From Chiloscyllium plagiosum (Eukaryota): a stretch of 20,000 nt of DNA. Position 1 is the stretch's first letter, and every line of letters starts with the position of its first letter. The notes beneath the pieces are model-generated. The model worked only from the letters and a program-made list of their open reading frames with translations. It ran no database searches and had not been told where the DNA came from. The stretch covers positions 75,497,995 through 75,517,994 of the forward strand of contig NC_057711.1 of assembly GCF_004010195.1 (NCBI RefSeq), written 5' to 3'. This document shows positions 1-10,662 of the stretch, piece after piece. Both the position numbers and the translations under genes were made by a program.

Positions 1-50
1 CACACTGTCAACTCTGATCTCCAGCGTCTGCAGACCTCACTGTCTCCTAG
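1..50 (+). mobile_element. 3' terminus of a shark Penelope-like element (PLE), cut by the window edge
   Basis: cacactgtcaactctgatctccagcgtctgcagacctcactgtctcc matches 1970-2011 and the reverse complement of ~19708-19756 in this window. Confidence 0.75.
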
Positions 51-54
51 CCTT

Positions 55-140
55 GGGAAATGCAGAGTGGTAGGGTAGGGAGTGTGAATCTGTGTGGGAT
101 TCTGTTCGGAAGGTCTGTGTGGACTCAATTAGCCGAATGA
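55..140 (+). mobile_element. Degenerate 3' half of an HE1-type SINE
   Basis: gtagggtagggagtgtgaatctgtgtgggattctgttcggaaggtctgtgtggactc...gccgaatg resembles 7610-7685 and the reverse complement of 16235-16310. Confidence 0.6.
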
Positions 141-235
141 TTGTAATTGCTTTAAGCTCTTTCAGTGGAAGAAGCAAGGAAGGAGCACAGAAAGACTGGT
201 CAACGTGTCAGGTCACCAAAGGTGTATTCAATAGC

Positions 236-1390
236 ATGCCACTCGCTTACAGGCCCAGGCACATCAACCCAGCAATGATTGACAAGCAAAGGCTCCAGAC
301 GTTCAGGTTTGGCAAGGAGGTAATTCTAGAACTATTTGTTTCAGGGAGACCTCCAATGAATTACGGTTTGGCCATGGAATTTGATGACACGCTGACTGTT
401 CCCTTAGTTTTTTCCAGTGAGGTCTCTTTTCATAGGTTTGTCGTCAGGTTGACTGAATACAGAGGGAAAATATATTCCATTGCTTCCCCAACACACACAG
501 TCAGCAACTCCACCAACTTGCTGGCACTCCTTAATTACAGAGTGGTAGATGACAAATTGTTCAACCTGGCAACAAATTATGACAAGTGAAAAGGAATCTG
601 CTGTGCCAGTGGGATTTAGAATGGCCAGCATTGCAGAGTCATGCAAATAATTGTGGACATCCCTTGTACAATCAAGATACTGCAATTATCTTTTATAGAA
701 TTATTTGATGGAGATACAGATGTAATAGAGATTGACAGGGTAATTTCATAAACAGCAAAATACCTCTGTTGCGCATTGCAGCAGCCATTGTCAAAAGTCA
801 GTGCAAACACAGTGAATATATAGTCATATAGTCATAGAGTCATAAAGCATGGAAACAGACCCTTCGGTTGTGCCGACCTGACATCCCAATCTGACCTAGT
901 CCCATTTGCCAGCATTTGGCCCATATCTTCCTAAACCCTTCCTATTCTTGCACCCATCCAGACGTCTTTTGAATGTTGTAATTATACCTGCCTCCACCAC
1001 TTCCTCTGGCAGCACCCTCTGCATGAAAAAGTTATCCCTCAGGTCCTTTTTAAATCTTGCCCCTCACACCTTAAACTATGCCCTCTTGCTTTGGACTCTG
1101 CCACTCCAGGAAAAAGACCTTAGCTATTCACCCTATCCATGCCTCACACGATTTGATAAACCTCTATAACGTCACCTCTCAGCCTCTGACACTCCACTGA
1201 AAAAGAGCCCCAGCCTGTTCAGCCTCTCCCTAGAACTCAAACATCCAGTCCTGGCAACATCCTTGTAAATCTTTCTGCACTTGCTCAAGTCTAACAAAGT
1301 CATCCTGCAATTGTAGCATGTTATTGGCATTTTAAAGTGGTATTTTCGATATCTGGACCGAACAAGATACTTTATAACCCAGCCCACCCT
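236..1390 (+). pseudogene. Decayed PIF/Harbinger (HARBI1-like) DDE transposase, interrupted by a LINE at 822-1310
   Basis: Translation gives YRPRH..M.DKQRLQTFRFGKEVILEL (cf. QC.RRLRF.KEVV.EL), LTVPLVFSSEVSFH (cf. VTVALNFYASGSFQ) and HCRVMQIIVDIP..ILQLS (cf. H..RIMQV.ARYPG.HDAFILRQS). After the LINE it gives VIGILKWYFRYLDRT at ~1320-1365 (cf. IG.LK.RFRCLDRS). Several stops are present. Confidence 0.65.
822..1310 (-). mobile_element. HER1/CR1-clade LINE, 5'-truncated 3' end
   Basis: (agtcatag)-like tail at 822-845, then gcatggaaacagacccttcgg. Minus-strand peptide LSSRERLNRLGLF is typical of the CR1 ORF2 C-terminus. Reverse-complement similarity to 2640-3115. Confidence 0.9.
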
Positions 1391-1796
1391 CCTCAAGACT
1401 CATACATAGATATACAGAAGACATTTACTGCAAAGGAAGCTATTCTTTATTCATATCAATTATCATCTTCCTAATTAGTCTCCAAGACTTTTGGATTGTT
1501 CAGACAATATTGGCCCTGTCCTCTATTTCCTTCAGATTTACTGTGGCCAACCATTTTTCAGAAAACCTCTGTCCTCTCAAGCAAACTCATTTTCTGTAAC
1601 ACCTGTAGCAGCAACTTCAGTACAACTTTATTACAGCTAACAGCCTGAATTTAAGAAACTTCAACTTCTGTGGAATTTCAAATCAAACTGAGGAGGGCAG
1701 TGTAGAATTAGAAAAGGACCTAAAGTAGTTGGAGGAGTGGGCAGATAGATGGCAGATGAAGTTCAATACAGAGAGGTGTAAGGCAAAAATTTTTGT

Positions 1797-2014
1797 AGTC
1801 AAGAGTGTGGTGCTGGGAAAGCATAGCAGGTCAGGCAGCATCTGAGGAACAGGAGAATTGACGTTTTGTGCATAAGCCCTTCGTCAGGAATGATGAACGG
1901 TTTATGCCTGAAACATCAATTCTCCTGCGCCTTGGATGCTGCCCGACCTGCTGGGCTTTTCCAGCACCACACTCTCAACTGATCTCCAGTAACCACAGTC
2001 CTCACTTTCTCTTC
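1797..2014. mobile_element. Inverted (fold-back) pair of Penelope-like termini
   Basis: 1798-1886 is an imperfect reverse complement of 1891-1980 around a GGAA loop. Both arms match the PLE at 19706-19836. Confidence 0.85.
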
Positions 2015-2484
2015 CTACAAAAAAAATTTGGAGAATGGATAATATGAAATAAGGGGTAAAACTCTTTCAAGGGTGAAGGAGCAAAAAGACTTAAATAAAC
2101 GTAGATCATTGAAAGTGCAATACAGAGGTAGAGATTAGTTTACAAAGCAGACATTACAGGGACATGGTGTACAGGAGCAAGGAAATTATGCTGAACTTAC
2201 ACAAGATGCTTGTTAGATCTTTTCTTTATTATATACCTCAGCTAAAGTATTGGTGCAGTTCAGAATACCACACCTTCGGAAGGATCTGAACACAGTGGAA
2301 AAGTGCAAAAGGGATTTACAAGAGTTGTTCCAGGCATGAGAAACTTCAGGAACAAGCCTAGATTGGAGACATTCAGAATGAATTTTTGGAGAGAGAAGGA
2401 GTCTTGGAGGAGATCAAAGTTTTGAAAATTATGAGGGGGCTGGATAGAGTAGATTAGGAGAAACTGATAACTGTCCGTAAAAGG

Positions 2485-3115
2485 AGGCATTTAGTATGCT
2501 TGCCTTTATTGGTCAGTGCACTGAGTACAGGAGTAGGGAGGTCATGTTGTCGCTGCACAGGTTTGGCCACTTTGGAGTATTGTGTGTAATTCTGGTATCC
2601 TTCCTATAGGAAGGATATTGTGCAACTTGAAAAGGTTCAGGAAAGATTTATGAAGATGTTGTCAGTGTTGAACAGTTTGAGCTATAGAGAGAGGCTGAAT
2701 AAGCTGGGGCTATTTTCCTTGGAGTGTAGGAAGCTGAGGAGTGACCTTAAAGAGGCGTATAACATCATGAGGGGCAAGGATAGGGTAAATAGGCAAGGTC
2801 TTTTCCCCGAGGTGAGGGAGTCCAAAACTGGAGGGCATGGTTTAGGGTGAGAGGGGAAAATTTTAAAAGGAACCTAAGGGTCAACTTTTACTCGCAGTCG
2901 CTGGTGCATGTATGGAATAAGCTTCCAGAGGAAGTGGTGGAGGTTGGTACAATTATGGCATTTAAAAGGCATCTGGATGGGTATATGAATTAGAAGGGTT
3001 TAGAGAGATATGGGTCAAATGCTGGCAAATGGGACTAGATTTATATAGGATATCTGGTCAGCATGAACAAATTGGACCGAAGCATCTGTTTCCGTGCTGC
3101 TTATCTCTATGACTC
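2485..3115 (+). mobile_element. HER1/CR1-clade LINE 3' end nested in the older LINE
   Basis: ORF 2620-2850 LEKVQERFMKML...LSYRERLNKLGLFSLECRKLRSDLKEAYNIMRG is CR1 ORF2 C-terminus. Tail ctgtttccgtgctg...ctctatgactc. Confidence 0.9.
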
Positions 3116-4051
3116 AATTACTGAGAACAAAGTTTGAAGTGATTGGCAAAAGTACGAGAGAAATAATTTTTTCATGCAGTGCATAGTTCAAGTCTGGAAA
3201 TCACTACTTCGATGTGTAGTGGAAGCAAGTTCAATTGAGGCATTCAAGTGGACTTCAGATGATTATTTGAATAAAAGCAATGTACAACGGTGCAGGGAAA
3301 AGGCGGGAGATGGCAGTAAGCCCTGAAACTCATTTACAGAGCCAGTGTATACATAATAGGCTGAATGGCACCATCTACTGCACCATATCCCTTCTGTGGT
3401 TCTGTGATGTCAGCTATTATTCTATTTTCAACATTAAAATGCAATGGGTTAAACTGTTGCTCAAGTCTTGTGTATCCTGCTGAACTGATGAGCAATTACA
3501 GATGCTCTATTTATGGTAGGATTTTAAAGGTTGGTCCACGTCTTCAGAAAAACATATCAGTAGCATGGCGTCATACCCTGAACGTTTGCAGTTCTTGCAA
3601 TTCCTAGAAGACTTTATATCCCAGGTGCTAAATCTTGAGAGTAGATTTCTGTCCAATTTCTATTTGTTGTAAGTGGACTATGTGTATTTCTTCCTGGCAA
3701 CCTTTTGGTAATTTGTGCTGCCCTGTTATATGATTGGAATAAAATAGGGAGTGGAAAGGCAGGTCAGCAAGAGAATTTCCCTTCTCCTTCTGTTCTTTGC
3801 CAAACTTTTTTTAACTTTATTACTATATTGTGTTATGTCATACTCCAACTTATCCCAGAACTGCTTGAAGCACACCATCATATTGAAAGCATGCTCGTCA
3901 GTCATCTAACAGTTTAATTTTGGCCCAATCACTCGTGTCTGTGAATGTAAAGCTTGTGCATAAAAGTTAGTTGGAATAGACATCTGTTGAATTCTTCATT
4001 ACCACAATATCAATGCCCAATTTATTTTGTGATTATGCTTATGTTATCTCC

Positions 4052-6020
4052 TGTAATATCTTATTCTATTATTATTATACCTGGTGATGATGTCACACAG
4101 TTGCAGATCAGAGTATAAAGTGTGGTTGGGGGTAGAACAGTCAAGAAGAATATACCAGACTAGAATAGGTCTTTTCGAGCCAGTCATAAGAGTACGTGCA
4201 CATGACTATTTGATGAAGATAAATTAGGTTTTAACTGTAAGATCAGAGTCTGGTGTGTATATATATAATATATATGATTACCATGTAGGGCTGTATTTAG
4301 TATTAATATAAAGTAAATAGCGTTATGTCAAAGTCCAAATTTGAAGACCGTTCTTGAATTTATGTTCTCCTTGACTGGTCTGTCTTGAACGTAAACTCAT
4401 TGTATGGCATCAAACCACAGGATTGGACCATCCAACCACCAACAGATATACTACAACATTTCCAGCATCTACTGATCAAGATACAAGGATATGATTTTAA
4501 AGTGGGCATAAATTAGGTACCAGGCTAACTCTCTCTGACAATCTGAGCAGATCATCCAACCCAAACATAGACCAAAATTTACCTCATGACCAACATAATG
4601 ATGCTGTAGACTACAAAGTTGAAGATGCTTTCGGGGTTGATCAGTTGGTCAGAGCCAGTGTGAACAGTTGCAATTGGCAAATGAGGGAAAAATGAGCAAC
4701 TATAAGAGGTATAAAAGATCATTATCCAGAGATGGCCTCACCGTATTAAAGAAATATCTGAGAAGGTTAGTTCATTTTGGCCACACAGTGATGAATTTGG
4801 TGTACCGCAGCAAGCCATTTCAAGGGCAAGAGAAAGTAATAAGAAAAGCACTATGCCAAGATATCTTGTCCATGTTACAGCAGAGTCTTGAACTCACAAG
4901 ATGTCTAGTAAGAGAATCTGGGCACTGGCCATGGGATGAATCGGGATGTTCAACAACTGATGACTACTTGTGAAGTACGCACAGCAGTGGAGTGAGCTTG
5001 TAAATCCATACCAAGTTCTATCTATTCCTTGAATGAAAGTATCAACCGTCCATCAGAGAGATTACAGAATTATGATGGATTACTTGTCTAAATTTCTCAT
5101 TTTTCAATGACTTTGCTACAAAACGAGCATAACTGTCTCTGATATGATGAATGCTATTTCCAGATTATTCAATATCTGACAATGCACTGTAATACACAGA
5201 CTAACTAAGTACTAAGTAGGGAGTGACCCATATCACATCTTCATCGCAATCAAATGGTCTAGCAGAATGTATCATGTGTACTATTGAATCAATTATCATT
5301 AAATGTAGACCAACGTTGCATTGCTGCATTCTTTGCAATACCAACAGAGAGAGAATTACAATCCCCAGCGCAACCTATGCTTAGAAGGCAAATACAAATG
5401 ACTATGCCCAGCAACTAATTGTCTAATCATTGAGACAGTGGACATTCTTCACCAAAGGCAGAGGAGAATTAAGGAGATACAGGTGAGCAAACAGCTAAAG
5501 AACTTGCAAAACTGCATGCTGGGCAGAGAGTGAAAGTTAAAAATACAAAGACCCAGATCTAGTAATGTTGTATAAAATATGTAACCAGTCCAGATAGTAT
5601 GAAGCCATTATTGATCATGGTGCTCGGTTGAGAAATGGTAAAAGCCAGTTTGGATCAATGTACAGCACACTAAACATGTCTGAGGAAGAACACTCCAATG
5701 ATGATTGTGCAGTGATGTCAAGTGACAACAGCCAGTAACAAGGCAAACAGGTTGGCAAGCCATTGCAACAGACAACAATGTGTACCTCTCTAGTCAGGTA
5801 TATAATCACTGCATTAAGATTAGTTACATTGGATTTTGAACCCTGTTTTATATGTTTGTATAGTTATTAAAGAGAATACTACATGCTTATGAACAACCAT
5901 GAGTATCTGTTGAGAAATTTTAATCGTTCGAAAAACCATGTGGTTTGTCTCATGGTTAATATATCAGTATAACTTTAAAAGAGATGCTTATATCATTACT
6001 GTAACATAGTATGTGACACG
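4052..6020 (+). mobile_element. Decayed, internally deleted Gypsy/Ty3 LTR retrotransposon
   Basis: Putative 5' LTR (TG start ~4052 to ~4404), PBS-like tggcatca at 4405, pol remnants 4470-5820, and a purine run aaaagaga followed by TG at ~5976-5986. The LTR limits are uncertain. Confidence 0.7.
4470..5820 (+). pseudogene. Gypsy pol remnant: RNase H C-terminus, integrase zinc-binding region and DDE core
   Basis: IKIQGYDFKV..LSDNLSR (RNase H end); LCQDILSMLQQ..TRCLVRESGHWP..MNRDVQQLMTTCEV (zinc-binding region); MDYLSKF, SDN, GVTHITSS.QSNGLAE and SPAQPMLRRQI (integrase core); LHAGQRVKV. Many stops and frameshifts. Confidence 0.85.
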
Positions 6021-6044
6021 AGGATATAGGGATCTCATACTCCA

Positions 6045-6170
6045 TCTCACCCTGGGATCACTTTACACATTGTGGTCAATTCTTAATGCCTGTTCTCTGG
6101 ACAGTTAGGAATGGGCAATAAATGCTGGCCAAGCTAGTAATGTCTGCATTTTTGAATAAAAAAGAATGAC
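6045..6170 (+). mobile_element. 3' fragment of a shark tRNA-derived SINE (second family, not HE1)
   Basis: ggacagttaggaatgggcaataaatgctggcc...gaataaaaaa matches 14394-14460 and the reverse complement of 11131-11200. Confidence 0.65.
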
Positions 6171-6239
6171 CCATTAATAAAAGCATACTGTCTTTTGTAA
6201 TATAATAGTTTAATGTTAGCCAAGATACCTGTTTGTCTG

Positions 6240-6528
6240 TGAATAGAAAGTACAGCATAAGAGCAGGCCCTTCAACCCAACCATGATGCCATTCAAACTA
6301 ATCCCATCTGCTAACACATGGTCCATATCCCTCTATTCCCTGCCCGTTCATGTGTCTGTCTGAAAGCATCCTAAACATTGCTATTACATCTGCTTCGACC
6401 ACTTCCCATTTCAGACAACCACCATAATCTGTGAGGGGGAGAAAAGATGGGCATCGCAGATCTGCTTTTAACTACCCCACCCCCACCCCAACCCCTTAAA
6501 CTTAGGCTCCCTAGTGTTTTGACATTCA
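6240..6528 (-). mobile_element. HER1/CR1-clade LINE 3' end, degenerate
   Basis: gtacagcataagagcaggcccttcaacccaac...ggtccatatccctctattccc is colinear with 845-1100. Confidence 0.75.
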
Positions 6529-6824
6529 TAAATGTTAGCTGTAGTGATTATCTGTCAGATTCTTTGACATCCAGGCCCAGTTTCTTATGTTGCATAAAAG
6601 AAAGTAAGCATTGCTACTTTGAGTAAATGACCCTGTTGGATGCAGTGTCACCTCAGGTTGGATTATTGTAACTGAGTTAAACTAATAAACAGCAAAAAGA
6701 TAAGAGTTAATTGCTTAATTACAGGCCAGAAGATTGGTCTTGGCTTCTTATAATAGGGGTGAGACTGGTCAGTTGAGAATTGATGCTACACTTACTGGTA
6801 TTACAGATAGAAAGGGGATATACA

Positions 6825-7930
6825 GTTCTTGTCCTCATTTCTTCCTCATCCACCTTCTCAGCTGCTTGCCTCCTGACGGCAAGGTTATACAGCCTGCATC
6901 AAAACAGGATACGTCTTAAGACATGCTTCAAAATATAGAGCTGGGCTTCTTCAGAGCAAATTAGGCAGCAGAAGTATTGTTTAAGTACCCCAGTGGTCTG
7001 CTTAATCATATTTCATACGTCCAGATGGCTATAGTTAGAAATATGCTGCCTGTGCTTGTTTAAATTGTACACCAAAGACATCAGACAAGTGATCGGTGCA
7101 TCGCTATTTTTGTCCTCTGGTTTCTTATCGTGGCTCAAGTGTAGACTGAGACAAAATCAGCAAATCATATCTGCTGCCACAATGCCAACCATTGACCTCC
7201 ATGTTGTGCAGATTGTGATCACACTCCAGCAAGAGACTGAGGGAGTTGAATCTCTTAAGATTGTGGTACATCTGAGTTTTCATTTGACACCTAGAAAGTG
7301 GCTTGTGTAGTCAAGTGGCATGAGCACCACTGGGAAGCTCATATCCTGCCACCATCACTCCATCTGCTTCCCGCTGGCATAATGTAACATAGATATACAT
7401 GACACCTCACTATGCCAGGGATGCAGGTTCGATTCCAGCCTTGGGTGACTGTCTGTATGGAGTTTGCATATTCTGTGTCTGTGTGGGTTTCCTTTGGGTG
7501 TTCCGATTTCCTCACACAATCCAAATTTAGGTGAATTGGCCATGCTAAACCTGTCTGTAGTGTTCAGGGATGTGTAGGTGAGGTGCAGTAGTCAGGGGTA
7601 AATGTAGAGTAATAGGGTAGGGGAACGGGTCTGAATGGGTTATTGTTAAGAGGGTCGTTGTGGGCCTGTTGGGCTGAATGGCCTGTTTCTGCCCAATAGA
7701 CATTCTCTGATTCTATGTCTTTACATGGAGAGCCTCCCTCCTGCAACAGTGAAGGAACAATGTTCAAATGTTGAAAGTATCACCTGTTCCAGCCTGGAAG
7801 GAGTCCAGTATTTAAGAGCTCTCAGCCAGTGATAATGCTGTCCTCACCTATCTGAGGCTGCAACAGGTTTCATTAAGACTTCGTTAATGAAGCATTAACA
7901 TATTGGATACTATTTGATGGAGGTGATGGG
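6825..7930 (-). pseudogene. Near full-length decayed PIF/Harbinger transposase, interrupted by an HE1 SINE
   Basis: Minus-strand motifs in the expected order: CFINEVL..LLQPQ.VRTALSLA, DSFQAGTGDTFNI*TLFLHCCRRE, [SINE], DYT, MYHNLKRFNSLSLLLECDH..MEVNGWHCGSRYDLLILSQS, and NMIKQTTGVLKQYFCCL..CRLYNLAVRR..DEEE. Confidence 0.85.
7374..7718 (+). mobile_element. HE1-type (V-SINE) tRNA-derived SINE, older copy
   Basis: B box ggttcgattcc at ~7425, central tggagtttgca...gtgtgggtttcc...ttcctc.caca.tccaaa domain, and LINE-like tail gggctgaatggcctgtttc...attctatg. Confidence 0.9.
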
Positions 7931-8149
7931 GTCTTACCAACTGGCACGAGTCAGCAACAGCCCCACATCATTGCCTTTATGGAAGATTAGCCACTTTAAA
8001 TGTAACTCAGGCACTTAACTGAACAACAGCAAGCATTCCCTGAGATCAAGGCTCTTTGAAGGGAGGAAGTCCTACCCTCTGAGAGCTGCTGGTCAATCAA
8101 AGGTTAGGAGATTGACCGGAAAAGCAGGAGAATAACTCTTCGTAGTTTC

Positions 8150-9000
8150 CCCTTACTGATGTCAGATTTCTCAACAAGGCATTGAGTTCTTTCGAAATGA
8201 GGGACTCTTCCTGGAATTCCATCTGCCTCGCCATGCTTCCTGACTATCATTGGGTTATTACCGACAATGCTGGAATGAGGCCTTTGGGCGCTCACTGATT
8301 GGCAGCTGGACCAGAAGGCCATCCATGGGCCCTCCTGCCATGAACTGTATCGTGGTAGCACTTACACCCACCACCCTCCTTCCTCACTAAATACATCTGT
8401 GACACCAGATGTGCCATGGGCAAGAACATTAAAGTCTTCCCAGAGTTTCTCGATGAGGTGGAAGTTGGAGTATTTTTTCTAGAAGTACCTGGGTGAATAT
8501 TTTGTGATAAAATGAAATTCATGTAAAACATGATGATGTAACTGATCACACGACTGTTACATCTGTAAGAGAGAAAACACCAGTCCTGAATAAAGCGTGT
8601 GAGAGAAGAAGACAGAGATACTGTACTCAAGTGCTGTATATGCAGATATAATTAAAGGAGCATCACAGTACATAATGCATTTAAAAGCCTTACACTCAGA
8701 GAAGGACAGGCAGCCTCAGGGTCAGTGTATGTGCAGACACCCATAACCCAAGGTATTCCAGACTAGTTTCTCAATGTGCAGATAATAGGATGAACTTTAC
8801 ACAAGCTAATGCAAATCTGACCTTTTGCAAACTGTACTCCTCCCTCCTCTCCTCCTGCTCCCTTGAACAGATTGCCCGACTGTTTGCCTTTTCTGCCCAT
8901 TTTGCAGGCCAAGGGGATGTCAATGATTGCAACCGTTTCTGCAGGCAAGTGGTCTGAACAGAACCCTTCAAATTAGAACCCAGTGGCTCAGCACATAACC
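8150..9000 (+). pseudogene. Possible decayed Myb/SANT-like second gene of the Harbinger element, with intron
   Basis: Divergent from the transposase across a ~200 bp spacer. Weak peptide echoes VRFLNKAL..MRD and RQCWNEA (cf. PRFSD..L..RRD and AW.EVA). Polypyrimidine acceptor ttttgcag|GCCAAG at 8907/8908. Similarity is marginal. Confidence 0.3.
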
Positions 9001-9367
9001 TATGATGCCTAAAGAGTTTGCCAATCACCAAACCCTTCAACAGACATAGCAGCAAAACATAGAAATCATTTCAGTCACTAGCCTAAAAGTAATTGATGAT
9101 TCATTTAAAATGTGACGGTTTGTCCTTTCTGCTGTTGAATACATTGTCAGTTATCGAAGGTCAAAAGAGTTTCAGCTGGAACACTCATCATTACACCACC
9201 ACTGGTTTCAAGCTAATGTTGCACATTGACTGATATCACCATCTCTTTACTTAGTATATCCTTGCCAACATGAGAGCCTACACGGTAAGCGTCAGAAATC
9301 TGATCTGGCTATGTAGATGTCTTTATGAATGGCACCCACAGCACCAAAAATGCAGATTTTATGCTAC

Positions 9368-9550
9368 AAGCTCATTTGGCCAGATGGCTGGAGTGTGGAT
9401 CAGACTAATGCCCACAGTATAATTGTTTGATCTCCATTCTGAGGTAGACTTGGAACCTGGTTCCTTGTGCTAACCATAGTAACAAATCATGGCACTTTAC
9501 TGACTTTTGGCAAATCATCAACAAGGCTCTGACTTTGGGCGGAGAACTCT
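9368..9550 (+). mobile_element. Possible degenerate tRNA-derived SINE
   Basis: A-box-like tggccagatgg (~9377) and B-box-like gtttgatctcc (~9425) at tRNA-like spacing. Confidence 0.4.
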
Positions 9551-10634
9551 AAAAGGTGACTCGATTGAAGATTGCAATCCAAATATATATGCATATCACT
9601 TCATCAGATTTTTAATACACTGGGTGCTACCCACTTACAATTAAATTGAAACCGGGAGTATTGTAGGAATAACAGAAGTATCTTCTATCACGGAAAGCAG
9701 TTCATTAACTTAAAGTTGATTTCCTGATTCTCCTTGACATGCAGGTGTATCAGCCAATTACACATATCACCAAGCAATAAGAAAGGAAAGCAGCCTGGGG
9801 ATGTTAAGTGATTTTTACTGATTTAGCAAAAAAAAATTAATTGCACAGGAATGATGCATTTGAAGTGAAATTTTGCATCTAAGACTAGTATTCTCTGTGA
9901 TCGGTGGAAAACTGAACTCCAGTTTATTATAGTAATGTTTGATTTATTGTTTCTCCAATGCTACAAATTTTCTGGTTCTGACTGCCTTCAGTCAATTTAT
10001 CTGGTTCTAGCAGTAAGTGACAATTCCTTTAAATAGTGATTGTAAGTAATCCTTCCAGGGACTGTAGAAATTGACATTGTACAAAGACATCACTCAACCA
10101 TCATACCTGTGCTGTTCCTTTGCAATACAAAGCTAATTGTGCTATGCAGTTGATTCCAAAATATACTTCAAATATGTATTAACTTTTCTCTTTTAAAATG
10201 TTGTGTTAGGATTTGGGAAATGCTATTCTGCAATGAGCTGGAAATCACGGGCTATATACCTCTGATTTATCAAAATGAGATCACAAATCTCTGGTTGTAC
10301 CGGCAGGAGGATGTAAGGAGGTTTGTGCCGCAAAGAAAGGTCAGGTGTAATTGTTTCCACAGTGTATTCTTAGAGACAATAGCAGGATGGATGAAGCACT
10401 GTTGTGACAGGTAAAAATAGGTTGAGTTATTTCCATCTATCTGATCATTCAGTGGTGCCTTATAGGTAATGCAGGCTGGTATAGGGATATGGTTTGTCCC
10501 TGATTAACACAGGTAATTTAGTAACATTGAAACCTCATTTATAATTATGTACTGCAGGCATAAAATTGTAGTCCTCCAGGATATCAACCAGATTTTTGAT
10601 CAACATTGTGGCAGAAGATTGGAAGAAACCCCAT

Positions 10635-10662
10635 GACAATAGACAATAGACAATAGACAATA
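10635..10662. repeat. (GACAATA)x4 tandem tail of the CR1 LINE
   Basis: gacaata gacaata gacaata gacaata read directly. Confidence 0.95.

Larger units (their letters stand above)
1696..3410 (+). mobile_element. Old CR1-clade LINE 3' portion in three pieces (~1696-1790, ~2020-2484, ~3118-3410), split by a PLE and a younger LINE
   Basis: LEKDLK*LEEWADRWQMKFNTERC at ~1710-1780, later CR1-like C-terminal residues, and a 3' UTR ending ggctgaatggc...ttctgtggttctgtgat. Confidence 0.75.

Noticed and set aside
92..589. 165-aa ORF as a host gene
   Set aside because: Starts at a GTG inside a SINE fragment. The body matches a decayed Harbinger transposase.
3486..3507. ctgatgag as a hammerhead or C/D box
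   Set aside because: No correctly placed GAAA box, stem II or partner box.
3530..3624. Exon-like segment WSTSSEKHISSMASYPERLQFLQFLEDFISQ
   Set aside because: Weak donor (gtgcta), short pyrimidine tract, peptide not recognised.
8368..8478. Minus-strand exon candidate KKYSNFHLIEKLWEDFNVLAHGTSGVTDVFSEEGGWW with a gtaagt donor
   Set aside because: Poor acceptor, no recognised homology, and it lies within a probable transposon remnant. It cannot be excluded without RNA-seq.
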